Assembly: GCA_017436325.1 (NCBI GenBank)
Contig: JAFSDI010000010.1
Coordinates: 1 to 52,741 of the forward strand
DNA length: 52,741 bases
Direction: 5' to 3'
From: Alphaproteobacteria bacterium
GTDB taxonomy: Bacteria > Pseudomonadota > Alphaproteobacteria > Rs-D84
The notes beneath the pieces were generated by a model. That model saw only the letters and a list, made by a program, of their open reading frames with translations, was not told where the DNA came from and did no database searches. Positions 41,163 to 50,070 of the stretch are shown here, in pieces (the first letter of the stretch is position 1; the number at the start of each line of letters is the position of its first letter). The translations under genes were made by a program, and so were the position numbers.

Positions 41163-42428
41163 ATGAAAAATCAATTTAATAAAGCTAATGATAATTTAAA
41201 TAAAATAATGCTTGAAAATGATGAACTTTATATGGCTGATAAGAAGAATTGGTTGTTGGTGCATTGCACACATTATATGCCACAAATAAATAAAAATGGC
41301 GAATTATTTATTCAAAATACTGCTGCGGCAACAGGTGGCGAAATCCCTAGGGCAACTGTGCATTTTACGTTGAATCATACAGTGGTGGCAAATAATGGTG
41401 GATCGTGGACAGATAAAGGAATTGTTATACTGGCCCCATATGATTCACTGGTTGAAAAAAATAATAAGCCAGCAGGATTTAAAATTGACGATACTTTCTT
41501 TTCTGTTGGGGCTGATGCAGGTTTGATTTTGCCAGAAAATTCACGAATAGTAAAACCGGTAAATGATGGACCGTTGTATCAAATAGGTGAAAAAGTATCA
41601 ACATATAAAACAGATAATTTTACTGATGATGAAATTGAATTGATAAAATCATGGATGCCGTATCGGACTTTGCAGGATTATGATAGGTATGATAAGGGTG
41701 ATGTTGATAATGCTGAATTGCAAATAGTGTTGCAATTAATGCCAGCAGAAATCGTTAAGTCTTATGAAATAGCAAAGGATAAAAAGGCATTTATTAAAGG
41801 TTTTTATGAAGAGCAGAAATATGAAATCTTAAATTCGGTATTAAGAGATAATGTTGTTGCGGAAACTGCAAAAAAAATGGGATACAGAACAATCGCGCGT
41901 AATGAAAGTAATTTGTGGGATGTTGATAGAAAAATGCAATCTGTTGCATTGCGTGATGGGCTGTATATCGGAAGTCATGCAGGTTCTTTTTATTCCGAAG
42001 CAGAAGATTATGGATTGCATTTGGTTGATCAATTGGATAAATTGAGTAACGCAGAAAAAAATGAAGATTTCATAAATATATTGTATAAAAATACTTTTAT
42101 TTCCAGATTGATTCTAACAAATGAAACTGATTACAAAAATGTTGTATATTCTCAGTATGAAAAGAAATTTACAGAATATCTAAATAATTATAAAGAAAGT
42201 AGAAGAACAGGTATATATGTAAATGCTTTATTAAAACAATCTTTTGGAAAACGTATTCTAAAATTTGATAAGAATTTATATGTCGCTTTGAAAAAAAATG
42301 CAGATGTTTTGGCACAAAAAATCGAAAAAACTTTTAATGTTTTAGATAAGAAGTTTGGTATGAAAGAGATAAAAAAACATCTTAATACAAGAATTTATTC
42401 TGATGTTGAAAAGTCTTGGCGTGTCTGA
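41163..42428 (+). CDS. Hypothetical protein
   Basis: 421-aa AT-rich ORF with AAGGA RBS; no family recognised. Confidence 0.7.
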   Translation: MKNQFNKANDNLNKIMLENDELYMADKKNWLLVHCTHYMPQINKNGELFIQNTAAATGGEIPRATVHFTLNHTVVANNGGSWTDKGIVILAPYDSLVEKNNKPAGFKIDDTFFSVGADAGLILPENSRIVKPVNDGPLYQIGEKVSTYKTDNFTDDEIELIKSWMPYRTLQDYDRYDKGDVDNAELQIVLQLMPAEIVKSYEIAKDKKAFIKGFYEEQKYEILNSVLRDNVVAETAKKMGYRTIARNESNLWDVDRKMQSVALRDGLYIGSHAGSFYSEAEDYGLHLVDQLDKLSNAEKNEDFINILYKNTFISRLILTNETDYKNVVYSQYEKKFTEYLNNYKESRRTGIYVNALLKQSFGKRILKFDKNLYVALKKNADVLAQKIEKTFNVLDKKFGMKEIKKHLNTRIYSDVEKSWRV

Positions 42429-42519
42429 TTGTTATTATGGTTTTTTTGTGATTTTTTTATTGTTTTTTTATAAATATCGTGTTAAATATGCCTGAATTTT
42501 AATAAAAAAAGGTAAAAAT

Positions 42520-43008
42520 ATGGATTTAGTTGTTTTGCATGCAATTGAAAATGTTTGTAATGAAAAAGTAAACTATGATACGTCTATGGGGTATTTTAGT
42601 TTGCAGACAAAGAACGCTGCGGATTTATCATTGGACGAAGCAGATGTTGCAGGTATTTTGAATGAAATAGAATATATGTCAACAGTGCGATTTGATAAAA
42701 AACGTAGAGAAAAGATTCTTGCTGATTTAAAAGGTAAAAGAATAACTGTTGCTGATTTTATACGCAAGATGGAAACTCAATCACTGTTGGTGCTTACAGA
42801 ACGTGTGGCGGAAAGAAATTCAGTTGCAAAACCGAAGCCATTGAATACGCCTATGAAAATAAAAACAAGTGGGACACGTTGTTTCTTGACAGAAGAAAAA
42901 TGTGATAAAATACCAAAAGATATAAGTGTTAATGTTGAAGAGTTTTGTTTAAAATCAAATTGTAAAATCGCAAAAAATTTTTTTGATTTTGTTGAAAGAA
43001 TGAGATAA
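42520..43008 (+). CDS. Hypothetical protein, N-terminal half weakly acyl-carrier-protein-like
   Basis: DLSLDEAD..ILNEIE...ITVADFI; C-terminal 4 Cys. Confidence 0.6.
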   Translation: MDLVVLHAIENVCNEKVNYDTSMGYFSLQTKNAADLSLDEADVAGILNEIEYMSTVRFDKKRREKILADLKGKRITVADFIRKMETQSLLVLTERVAERNSVAKPKPLNTPMKIKTSGTRCFLTEEKCDKIPKDISVNVEEFCLKSNCKIAKNFFDFVERMR

Positions 43009-43035
43009 AAAGAATGCCCGTTTGGGCATTCTTTT

Positions 43036-44118
43036 TTATTTTTTTGTTTCGCCTATGTAAATACCCATATTGTGCGCAACGTCTAATAGTGGGTCGTCAG
43101 GGGAAACGTATGCGTTTGATGTCATTAGCGCTGGTATCTTTGGGTCTGATACACATTCACCGGCAGAAATGAATTCTGATAATGATACGGTAAATACTTC
43201 ATTGCAATCTAGGGTTGTTATAACATATGTTTCGTTGTTTTCTATGGCTTTTAGTGCACAGTCTGCAAAACGTGTGGCTAATATGCGGTCGGTTGCAACT
43301 GTGTCGCCGGAACGTTGAATGTGTTCGGGGAACGCAGTGCGATTTAATATGCCGGCGGCGCTTAGTTTACGTGAAATCATATCTGCAGGTCGACCGGAAT
43401 GACCACGTAAAGATATGCCTTCGGATACCATAATTAGTCCATAGTCGGTGGTGGTATTCTTGATGTGATTAATAAGGTTGTTTGTGTCAAATTTTATTTC
43501 TGGAATTAATATTGCTGATGCGCCAGATGCAATGCCGGCATGTAATGCCAATTGACCACAGTCGCGCCCCATTGCCTGAACAACAAACCAGCGATGGTGA
43601 CTGCGTGCGGTTAATAACAGTTGATCACAGAATGTTGTTAATTGTTGAACTGCGGTGTCAAAGCCAATTGTGCGTTCTGTTAACGGCATATCCATATCAA
43701 TGGTTTTTGGAATGCATATTAGTTGCAGGTCTTGATATAGATTTTTGTTCGCCCATGCCAGTGATACACTGCCGTTGCCACCAATTAAAATTAATGCATC
43801 TAGTTCTAATGATTTTAAGGATTTTTTAAGATGTGCATTGAATTGTTTGGTCTTGCCCTGCTCGGCTGCGGTTTCAAAGTTTAATGCTGTGGCACGGCCG
43901 TTGTGTAAAAAACTGCCAGCAAGTCTGGAGTTTTCAATTGGTAATAACATATCGTTTAATAAAACTGCCGCAGGCGGATTAACATACAAGCCGTCTGTAC
44001 CGTCAAGTATTCCCCATACCTGCCAACCGCGCTTGGTTGCGCCAGTTAAAATTCGTTGAATGGTTGTGTTCAAGCCACTGCAATCGCCGCCTGTTGTTAT
44101 AATTCCAATCTTTTTCAT
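43036..44118 (-). CDS. pfkA: 6-phosphofructokinase (PfkA family)
   Basis: TTGGDCSGLN, IGGNGS, PKTID, MGRDCG, HIQR. Confidence 0.9.
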   Translation of the reverse strand: MKKIGIITTGGDCSGLNTTIQRILTGATKRGWQVWGILDGTDGLYVNPPAAVLLNDMLLPIENSRLAGSFLHNGRATALNFETAAEQGKTKQFNAHLKKSLKSLELDALILIGGNGSVSLAWANKNLYQDLQLICIPKTIDMDMPLTERTIGFDTAVQQLTTFCDQLLLTARSHHRWFVVQAMGRDCGQLALHAGIASGASAILIPEIKFDTNNLINHIKNTTTDYGLIMVSEGISLRGHSGRPADMISRKLSAAGILNRTAFPEHIQRSGDTVATDRILATRFADCALKAIENNETYVITTLDCNEVFTVSLSEFISAGECVSDPKIPALMTSNAYVSPDDPLLDVAHNMGIYIGETKK

Positions 44119-44228
44119 CGTTGTCCTTACCTTTATTTACTGTGCTTCTATTATATCACAAATAAGTTGACAAAGAAATATTATTTGGAATAATTTGTCT
44201 AATAAATAAAATTCAGGAGTTTTTTTAT

Positions 44229-45428
44229 ATGTCTAAAAAGAATCAGAATAATATGGGAAAAACAAAACGTTCTACTGATGATATGATTGATAGTGCAATT
44301 GCACAGCAAAATGATTGGTTGGAAAATCGTCGTGAATATACACGTGATTTTTTAAAGTCTTTGAATTTATTTGCACGTCCTGCAGATAAGAAAGATGAAG
44401 TAAAAAATCTGACAATAGAAAAATCAGAAACAAAAGTGTTTAAAAAGTCTTTCTTGCGTGCATATTGGTTTCCTGTGCTTTGCTTGTTCTTTGTCTTGTT
44501 TGTTGCAATATGGGTTTTGTTCGTTCGTGGTGATGTGCCTGCGCGTGTGATTGTTGTGCCAACTATACCAGAACCAGTTATGCAACCCGTATCAAAAAGA
44601 ACGATTGAATCAGAAATTGAGGTTGCACAAATAGATGAAAATGAATTCCCAGAATTTGATATTGTTCGTATCGAAAATACAGGGGCAATTGTTGTCGCAG
44701 GACGTTGGTTGCCAAATAAGAATGTTTCTGTGGTTGCAAATGGAAAAATAGTCGCAACACAACAGACTAATTATGCAGGTGAGTTTGTTTATGTTTCTGC
44801 TAATGTTTGGGGGGCGGGAAATTATAATGTTTCTTTGCTTGGTGCGGATTCTGCTGTGAAATCGAAAGATAATGTTTTTGTGTATATTCCTGAAAAAAAT
44901 TTGGAAAATTCTGTGTCTTTATTGATGACGCAAGATGGCAGTACATTGTTGCAAGCGCCAAGAATGCTGGCGGATGGAGATTTGAAAATATCAAAGATAG
45001 ATTATTTGTCTAATGGACGTATCGTTGTGACAGGTGATGGATTGCCACGATTGCGTGTATCATTGGAATTAAATGGTAAATATTTGGGCTTTGCGCGTGT
45101 GTCAGATTATCGTCATTTTGGCTTGGGCGCTGATGTTGAAGAATTAAAATCAGGTCAAGAGTATAATCTGACAATTCGTATGCATGATGGTGATGGTCGT
45201 ACAGTTGCACGTACAAATCATAAATTTATTATGCCAGAAATGACAGGTGATGATGATACTTTCTATACTGTGCGCCGTGGTGATTGTTTATGGGTTATTG
45301 CACGTAATTTTATGCGCCGTGGAATTTTGTTTAGTATTATCGCAGATAAAAATAATATTAAAAATCCTGATTTAATATTTCCAAAACAAAACTTGCAAAT
45401 ACCACTGGGGGTAATGAAAAATGACTAA
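44229..45428 (+). CDS. Membrane-anchored LysM peptidoglycan-binding protein
   Basis: TM, FDIVRIE..G..VVAGR, C-terminal YTVRRGDCLWVIA..IKNPDLIFP. Confidence 0.85.
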   Translation: MSKKNQNNMGKTKRSTDDMIDSAIAQQNDWLENRREYTRDFLKSLNLFARPADKKDEVKNLTIEKSETKVFKKSFLRAYWFPVLCLFFVLFVAIWVLFVRGDVPARVIVVPTIPEPVMQPVSKRTIESEIEVAQIDENEFPEFDIVRIENTGAIVVAGRWLPNKNVSVVANGKIVATQQTNYAGEFVYVSANVWGAGNYNVSLLGADSAVKSKDNVFVYIPEKNLENSVSLLMTQDGSTLLQAPRMLADGDLKISKIDYLSNGRIVVTGDGLPRLRVSLELNGKYLGFARVSDYRHFGLGADVEELKSGQEYNLTIRMHDGDGRTVARTNHKFIMPEMTGDDDTFYTVRRGDCLWVIARNFMRRGILFSIIADKNNIKNPDLIFPKQNLQIPLGVMKND

Positions 45429-45837
45429 ACAAGAAATTATAGATTTATTGTCTGTTATTGGACACTGTTCAGATAGATTGGGGCCTAATCAAATCAAAGA
45501 ATTGTATAGAATTGCTATATTTTTAGGATTTGCGCCAATTTGTCCAGGTTGTAAAAGACCTATTGATAATATCGGGGATTTTTCATGGGATCATATCTTG
45601 CCACAATCAAAGGGTGGAACAAGTGTCTTGGAAAATTTGCAACCGATGCATAAGGAATGTAATTCTGTTAAATCAAATATTATGGTTAATTGGCAAGATG
45701 TATGCGCTAAATATGCAGAAAATGGAAAGCGTAAGAAAAATAAAATAAATAAAAAGTCCAGGGAAAAAGAAGTTAGTGATAGTGTTGAAAAAATAAATAT
45801 GTATTTAAAAAACAAAAATCTAAATAAAGGCATTTAG
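45421..45837 (+). CDS. HNH endonuclease
   Basis: CPGC..DHILPQSKGG...NLQPMHKECN..K. Confidence 0.85.
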   Translation: MTKQEIIDLLSVIGHCSDRLGPNQIKELYRIAIFLGFAPICPGCKRPIDNIGDFSWDHILPQSKGGTSVLENLQPMHKECNSVKSNIMVNWQDVCAKYAENGKRKKNKINKKSREKEVSDSVEKINMYLKNKNLNKGI

Positions 45838-45838
45838 A

Positions 45839-46129
45839 ATGAATGAAAAGCGTGTTAAAAAATCAAAATATTTATCAGGCATAATGATGTCGACTTTAGA
45901 AAGAGAATGGCGCGGTTTGCTGTTTCGTGCGGAACGTTTAGAGTTCAAGGCGATTGAATTGCAATTGGAAACTTTGGAAGATTTGATTTCTGATATACGT
46001 GATGAAATTGAAAAAAATCGACCAAATAAGAAATTATTACGTGTTGTTGAACGCAAGATTTCTGAGGTGGAATTCGCAATAAATAAAATTGAATTCTTGT
46101 TAAGTCAAAAAAATCAGAAAGCCCGATAA
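45839..46129 (+). CDS. Small helical hypothetical protein
   Basis: 96-aa ORF directly after HNH gene; ends NQKAR. Confidence 0.6.
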   Translation: MNEKRVKKSKYLSGIMMSTLEREWRGLLFRAERLEFKAIELQLETLEDLISDIRDEIEKNRPNKKLLRVVERKISEVEFAINKIEFLLSQKNQKAR

Positions 46130-46192
46130 AAAATAACAAATAGTGTTGTGGTACAGCGCTTGGTTTGGCCCTTGGCGAAAATTGGTGGAATT

Positions 46193-46541
46193 TATTAGAT
46201 AAAAAGAAAAGTCCGCCTTCGCTGAATGTATAATATGAATTTTATTACCCAGAGTTTGTTGGGCTACGGCGAGACACTCAATTTTCAGCCCTTGCTACGC
46301 TTCGGTGTGTATTAAATAAAAAGAAAAGTCCGCCTTCGCCGAGCGTATAATATGAATTTTATTACCCAGAGTTTGTTGGGCTACGGCGAGACACTCAATT
46401 TTCAGCCCTTGCTGCGCTTCGGTGCTTATTAAATAAAAAGAAAAGTCCGCCTTCGCCGAATGTATAATACGAATTTTATTACCCAGAGTTTGTTGGTCTA
46501 CGGCGAGACACTCAATTTTCAGCCCTTGCTGCGCTTCGGTG
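46193..46541. repeat. Three 117-bp tandem direct repeats downstream of tRNA-Gly
   Basis: Near-identical units starting at 46193, 46310, 46427 (TATTARATAAAAAGAAAAGTCCGCC...GCTTCGGTG). Confidence 0.95.
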
Positions 46542-46549
46542 AAAATTGG

Positions 46550-46623
46550 TGGTGCGGGCGAAGGGAATCGAACCCTCGTCTTCAGCTTGGGAAGCTGACG
46601 TGCTGCCATTATACCACGCCCGC
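46550..46623 (-). tRNA. tRNA-Gly(CCC)
   Basis: GCGGGCG/CGCCCGC acceptor, TCAGC-ttCCCaa-GCTGA, GGTTCGATTCC, CCA. Confidence 0.95.
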
Positions 46624-46691
46624 AAATCGTGCACTATTCTATAGCAATCTGTTTTGTTTGTCCAGATAAATATATAACTGTTAATAATTAG

Positions 46692-46721
46692 TTGACTTTT
46701 TTTGTTGTTTGGTCTATAGTT
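46692..46721 (+). promoter_or_regulatory. Putative sigma70 promoter of the rpsP operon
   Basis: TTGACT...TATAGT at near-canonical spacing. Confidence 0.5.
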
Positions 46722-46869
46722 GTGTCGCAAATCCCAAAGATTGCCATTTAAATTTAACCAGTTCGCGGTACGCGTGTGGTACGTCATCCGATGAGTTTTC
46801 ATCCTTGGCGATGGTTCTTTTGGTGGTTTAAAAGATTAATTATTGCTAAAAAAAACAAGGAGCAAAAAT

Positions 46870-47319
46870 ATGGCAACAGTTATTCGTTTGGCACGTTATG
46901 GGGCGAAAAAACGTCCTTATTATCATATCGTTGTGACAGATTCACGTAATGCACGTAATTCTGGTAATGTTTTGGAAGTTGTTGGTAAATATGATCCAAT
47001 GCAGCCACGTGATAGCGAAAAACGCGTTATCTTAAAAATTGACGAAGTTAAGGCTTGGATGGCAAAAGGCGCAAAACCATCTGATCGTGTATATAAATTC
47101 TTGGCGAATGCGGGATTGGTAGAAAAGAAAGCTATCCCTGTTCAGACAAAGAAGCATTTGCAATCTGAAAAAACACAAATGCGAATAAAAGATAAAGCGG
47201 ATAGATTGGCAAAAATCGCAGAAGAAAAAGCCGCTGCAGAAGCAGCCGCTAAGGCTGCGGCAGAGGCAGAAACTACAGCGCCTGCAGAAGAAGCACCAGC
47301 GGAAACTGTTGCAGAATAA
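46870..47319 (+). CDS. rpsP: 30S ribosomal protein S16
   Basis: IRLARYGAKKRPYYHIVVTDSR; AAGGAG RBS before 46870. Confidence 0.96.
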   Translation: MATVIRLARYGAKKRPYYHIVVTDSRNARNSGNVLEVVGKYDPMQPRDSEKRVILKIDEVKAWMAKGAKPSDRVYKFLANAGLVEKKAIPVQTKKHLQSEKTQMRIKDKADRLAKIAEEKAAAEAAAKAAAEAETTAPAEEAPAETVAE

Positions 47320-47358
47320 AAAAATGTTTCATACTGCACAGACCGAAATCTGTGCAGT

Positions 47359-47619
47359 ATGTTTATAAAAAGTTTTTATGTGGCTATGTCTTATAAATGT
47401 CCGTATGATGGTGATTTTTGTCAGCGCAAAAAGGATAAACTGGATTCTTTTGAGGCGGCGGTTGAATATATGGCCCAGAATAAAATAAATTATACTTTTA
47501 TTGTATCAGATAAAACGTTTTCTGGGTGTCCGTTGGAAAACTTGCGCGAACAAATTAATTGTGAACGTTATGTGCGGTATTTATATATCAGTGTACAGAA
47601 ATTAACAAATCAGAAATAA
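47359..47619 (+). CDS. Small Cys-rich hypothetical protein between rpsP and rimM
   Basis: 4 Cys; ends 1 bp before rimM start. Confidence 0.6.
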   Translation: MFIKSFYVAMSYKCPYDGDFCQRKKDKLDSFEAAVEYMAQNKINYTFIVSDKTFSGCPLENLREQINCERYVRYLYISVQKLTNQK

Positions 47620-47620
47620 T

Positions 47621-48088
47621 ATGAAAGATGGGCAAAAAATCTTAATTGGTAAAATTGTCGCGCCACAGGGTATTCGTGGCGAAGTGCGTGTGCAATCTTT
47701 TGCTGATAAACCAACGGATTTTAAGACGTTAAGCGTGGTTTCAAATCGTTTTAGTTCTGCGGATTTTTGCTTTGTGCGCGCTGTGCCGAATTCTAATGTT
47801 GTGATTGCAAAAATTCGTGGTGTTGATGACAGAAATGCTGCAGAAACTCTGCGCGGGACAGAATTGTTTGTTGAGCGTAGTGCCCTGCCCGATTTGCAGT
47901 CGGAAAATGTGTTCTATCAGGCGGATTTAATCGGGTTTGATGTTGTGCGTGATAATAAAAATATAGGTTCTGTTGCGGGGTTTCAAAATTTTGGTGCTGG
48001 TGATATCATTGAACTGGGTGATGGTAATATGGTTAGTTTTGTTGGTGCGACAGTAGATATGGATAATAAAATAGTTTATGTAATATAA
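47621..48088 (+). CDS. rimM: Ribosome maturation factor RimM
   Basis: IGKIVAPQGIRGEVRV, DRNAAETLRG, FYQADLIG, NFGAGDIIE. Confidence 0.93.
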   Translation: MKDGQKILIGKIVAPQGIRGEVRVQSFADKPTDFKTLSVVSNRFSSADFCFVRAVPNSNVVIAKIRGVDDRNAAETLRGTELFVERSALPDLQSENVFYQADLIGFDVVRDNKNIGSVAGFQNFGAGDIIELGDGNMVSFVGATVDMDNKIVYVI

Positions 48089-48104
48089 AAAAAGGTGTTA
48101 AGTA

Positions 48105-48389
48105 ATGGTAAAATCTAAAATAACTTCTTATGCTGTTGTTGTGATAACATGTGATTGGTTGGATAAAAAAGATTGCAAGGTGTGTAAGTATTTAGCAATG
48201 CAACCAAATTTGTACAATGTTGTTATGAAAAATACTGAACCAAATACTATAAAAGTTCATACCTTGGGGGACACGTTAACAAAATGTATAAATGCGTTGA
48301 ATCTGTCTAATATAGCGAAAACATTATGCGATGCGTGTGATACAACGCCATATGCAGTTAAAGAAAAAGTGTCAGAAAAAACAAGATAA
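48105..48389 (+). CDS. Small Cys-containing hypothetical protein (paralog of next gene)
   Basis: AAAGGTG RBS; SY....I.CD...C.V...CxxC layout. Confidence 0.65.
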   Translation: MVKSKITSYAVVVITCDWLDKKDCKVCKYLAMQPNLYNVVMKNTEPNTIKVHTLGDTLTKCINALNLSNIAKTLCDACDTTPYAVKEKVSEKTR

Positions 48390-48410
48390 GGTTAATATAA
48401 GGAAAATAAT

Positions 48411-48662
48411 ATGAATAATATCGTAAAGTCTTATTCAACCCTGATGATTGAATGTGATAAAGAAGTGAAATTATGTGAAGTAAAACTGTTCGCTTTGTCG
48501 CAACCGTTTGCATATAAAGTTATTCAAACAGAAAACGAAAAGAATATTTTGACAATTCGTTCGATTGGTGAAGTGGATGTTAAACACGACAATACAAAAA
48601 GATTAAAGTACTTTGCAGATATCGCGTGTGAAAGATGTGGCAAAAATCAAAAAGAAAGATAA
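48411..48662 (+). CDS. Small Cys-containing hypothetical protein (paralog of previous gene)
   Basis: AAGGA RBS; SY....IECD...CEV...ACERC. Confidence 0.65.
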   Translation: MNNIVKSYSTLMIECDKEVKLCEVKLFALSQPFAYKVIQTENEKNILTIRSIGEVDVKHDNTKRLKYFADIACERCGKNQKER

Positions 48663-48665
48663 AAT

Positions 48666-49352
48666 ATGCACTTTAATATACTGACCATTTTTCCAGATTT
48701 GTTTCCAGGGACATTGTCGGCTGGGGTTGTGGGACGCGCATTGGAAAAAAAGATTTGGTCGTATGATGTGATTAATATTCGCGACTTTGCAATTAATAGT
48801 TATGGCAGTGTTGATGATACTCAATTTGGTGGTGGTGCAGGTATGGTTATGCGACCAGATGTATTGGGGGACGCGTTAGATTCTGTGAAAAATAAAGGAA
48901 AGGTTATCTATTTTTCGCCACGTGGAAAAACACTGAATCAGAAAATGGTGCGTGAATTTGTTGCAAATGAAAATGCGAATTATACACTGTTGTGTGGCAG
49001 GTACGAAGGAATAGATGAACGTGTTATCACAGAATATGATATAATGGAATTATCGATTGGGGATTATATTTTATCTGGGGGTGAAATAGCAGCGCAAGTT
49101 TTTATTGACAGTTGTGTTCGCTTGTTAGATAATGTGGTTCATGGTGGTAAAGATACCACTGAAAATGAAAGTTTCGAAATCGGGGGGCTTGAATGGCCGT
49201 TATATACCCGCCCGTCAGTATGGCGTGGACAAAGTGTCCCAGAAGTCCTGCTGTCCGGTCACCACGGCAATATAGAACGGTGGCGGAAACAACAATCGGA
49301 CGATATAACAAAAAAACGTCGTCCGGATTTAATAAAGGAAAATGAAAAATGA
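48666..49352 (+). CDS. trmD: tRNA (guanine-N1)-methyltransferase
   Basis: [42 protein letters not shown]. Confidence 0.97.
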   Translation: MHFNILTIFPDLFPGTLSAGVVGRALEKKIWSYDVINIRDFAINSYGSVDDTQFGGGAGMVMRPDVLGDALDSVKNKGKVIYFSPRGKTLNQKMVREFVANENANYTLLCGRYEGIDERVITEYDIMELSIGDYILSGGEIAAQVFIDSCVRLLDNVVHGGKDTTENESFEIGGLEWPLYTRPSVWRGQSVPEVLLSGHHGNIERWRKQQSDDITKKRRPDLIKENEK

Positions 49353-49741
49353 GCATTATTAAAAAAATCGAAGCAGCCCAGGTCGCTAAATTGGCGGCTG
49401 ATAAAAAAATACCTAACTTCAAAGCCGGTGATACATTGAAAGTTCACGTCAAAATTAAAGATGGGGATAAATTCCGTATTCAGGTTTTCGAAGGTGTTGT
49501 TATCGCACGTGATGGTGGAATGGGTAATAATGCATCCTTTACAGTACGTCGTGAATCATACGGTGTTGGTGTAGAACGCAAGTTCCCACTATACAGCCCA
49601 GCAATCGAAAAGATTGAAAAGGTTCGTATCGGTAAAGTACGTCGTGCTAAACTGTTCTTCTTGCGTGGTTTGTCTGGCAAAAAAGCGCGTATCGTCGAAG
49701 ATTTGGCAGCAACATCCGCAGAAAAGACAGAAAGCAAATAA
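49349..49741 (+). CDS. rplS: 50S ribosomal protein L19
   Basis: [36 protein letters not shown]. Confidence 0.97.
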   Translation: MSIIKKIEAAQVAKLAADKKIPNFKAGDTLKVHVKIKDGDKFRIQVFEGVVIARDGGMGNNASFTVRRESYGVGVERKFPLYSPAIEKIEKVRIGKVRRAKLFFLRGLSGKKARIVEDLAATSAEKTESK

Positions 49742-49764
49742 TTTATTTGTTTGCTTTGACTTGC

Positions 49765-49790
49765 AATCCCCCAATTGGGGGATTTTTTAT
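49765..49790 (+). terminator. Terminator after rplS
   Basis: AATCCCCC-AATT-GGGGGATTTTTT. Confidence 0.75.
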
Positions 49791-49796
49791 TTTGTC

Positions 49797-49825
49797 TTGA
49801 AAATAATCTTGGTATTAGGTATAAT
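49797..49825 (+). promoter_or_regulatory. sigma70-type promoter of leader RNA C
   Basis: TTGAAA-17bp-TATAAT. Confidence 0.7.
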
Positions 49826-49830
49826 TAATG

Positions 49831-50070
49831 TTGAACCAGATGGGAATCTGGCTCGGGGCTGTGGTGGCCCAGTACATCCGGTGCAAGTATATGTTATGTG
49901 TCGTAATCCGACGATTATTTCCTGTATTTGCACTGTATTTTTGTTAATCCCTGACTTGAAAGTCGGGGGGCTGACCGTTATACAACAGGTGTTTTCACCA
50001 AAGGCGGCAGAATCAACGATGTACTGATTACCAACTCCCCGACCGCTTATGATTTCCATAGCGGTTTTTT
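49831..50070 (+). ncRNA. Conserved structured leader RNA, copy C
   Basis: GAACCAGAT-GGGA-ATCTGGCTC hairpin; conserved blocks; terminator CCGCTTATG..CATAGCGG-T6. Confidence 0.75.

Noticed and set aside
46193-46541. CRISPR array, or protein-coding ORF 46295-46609
   Set aside because: Whole 117-bp units are near-identical with no spacers. The ORF overlaps the tRNA and stays open only because 117 is a multiple of 3.
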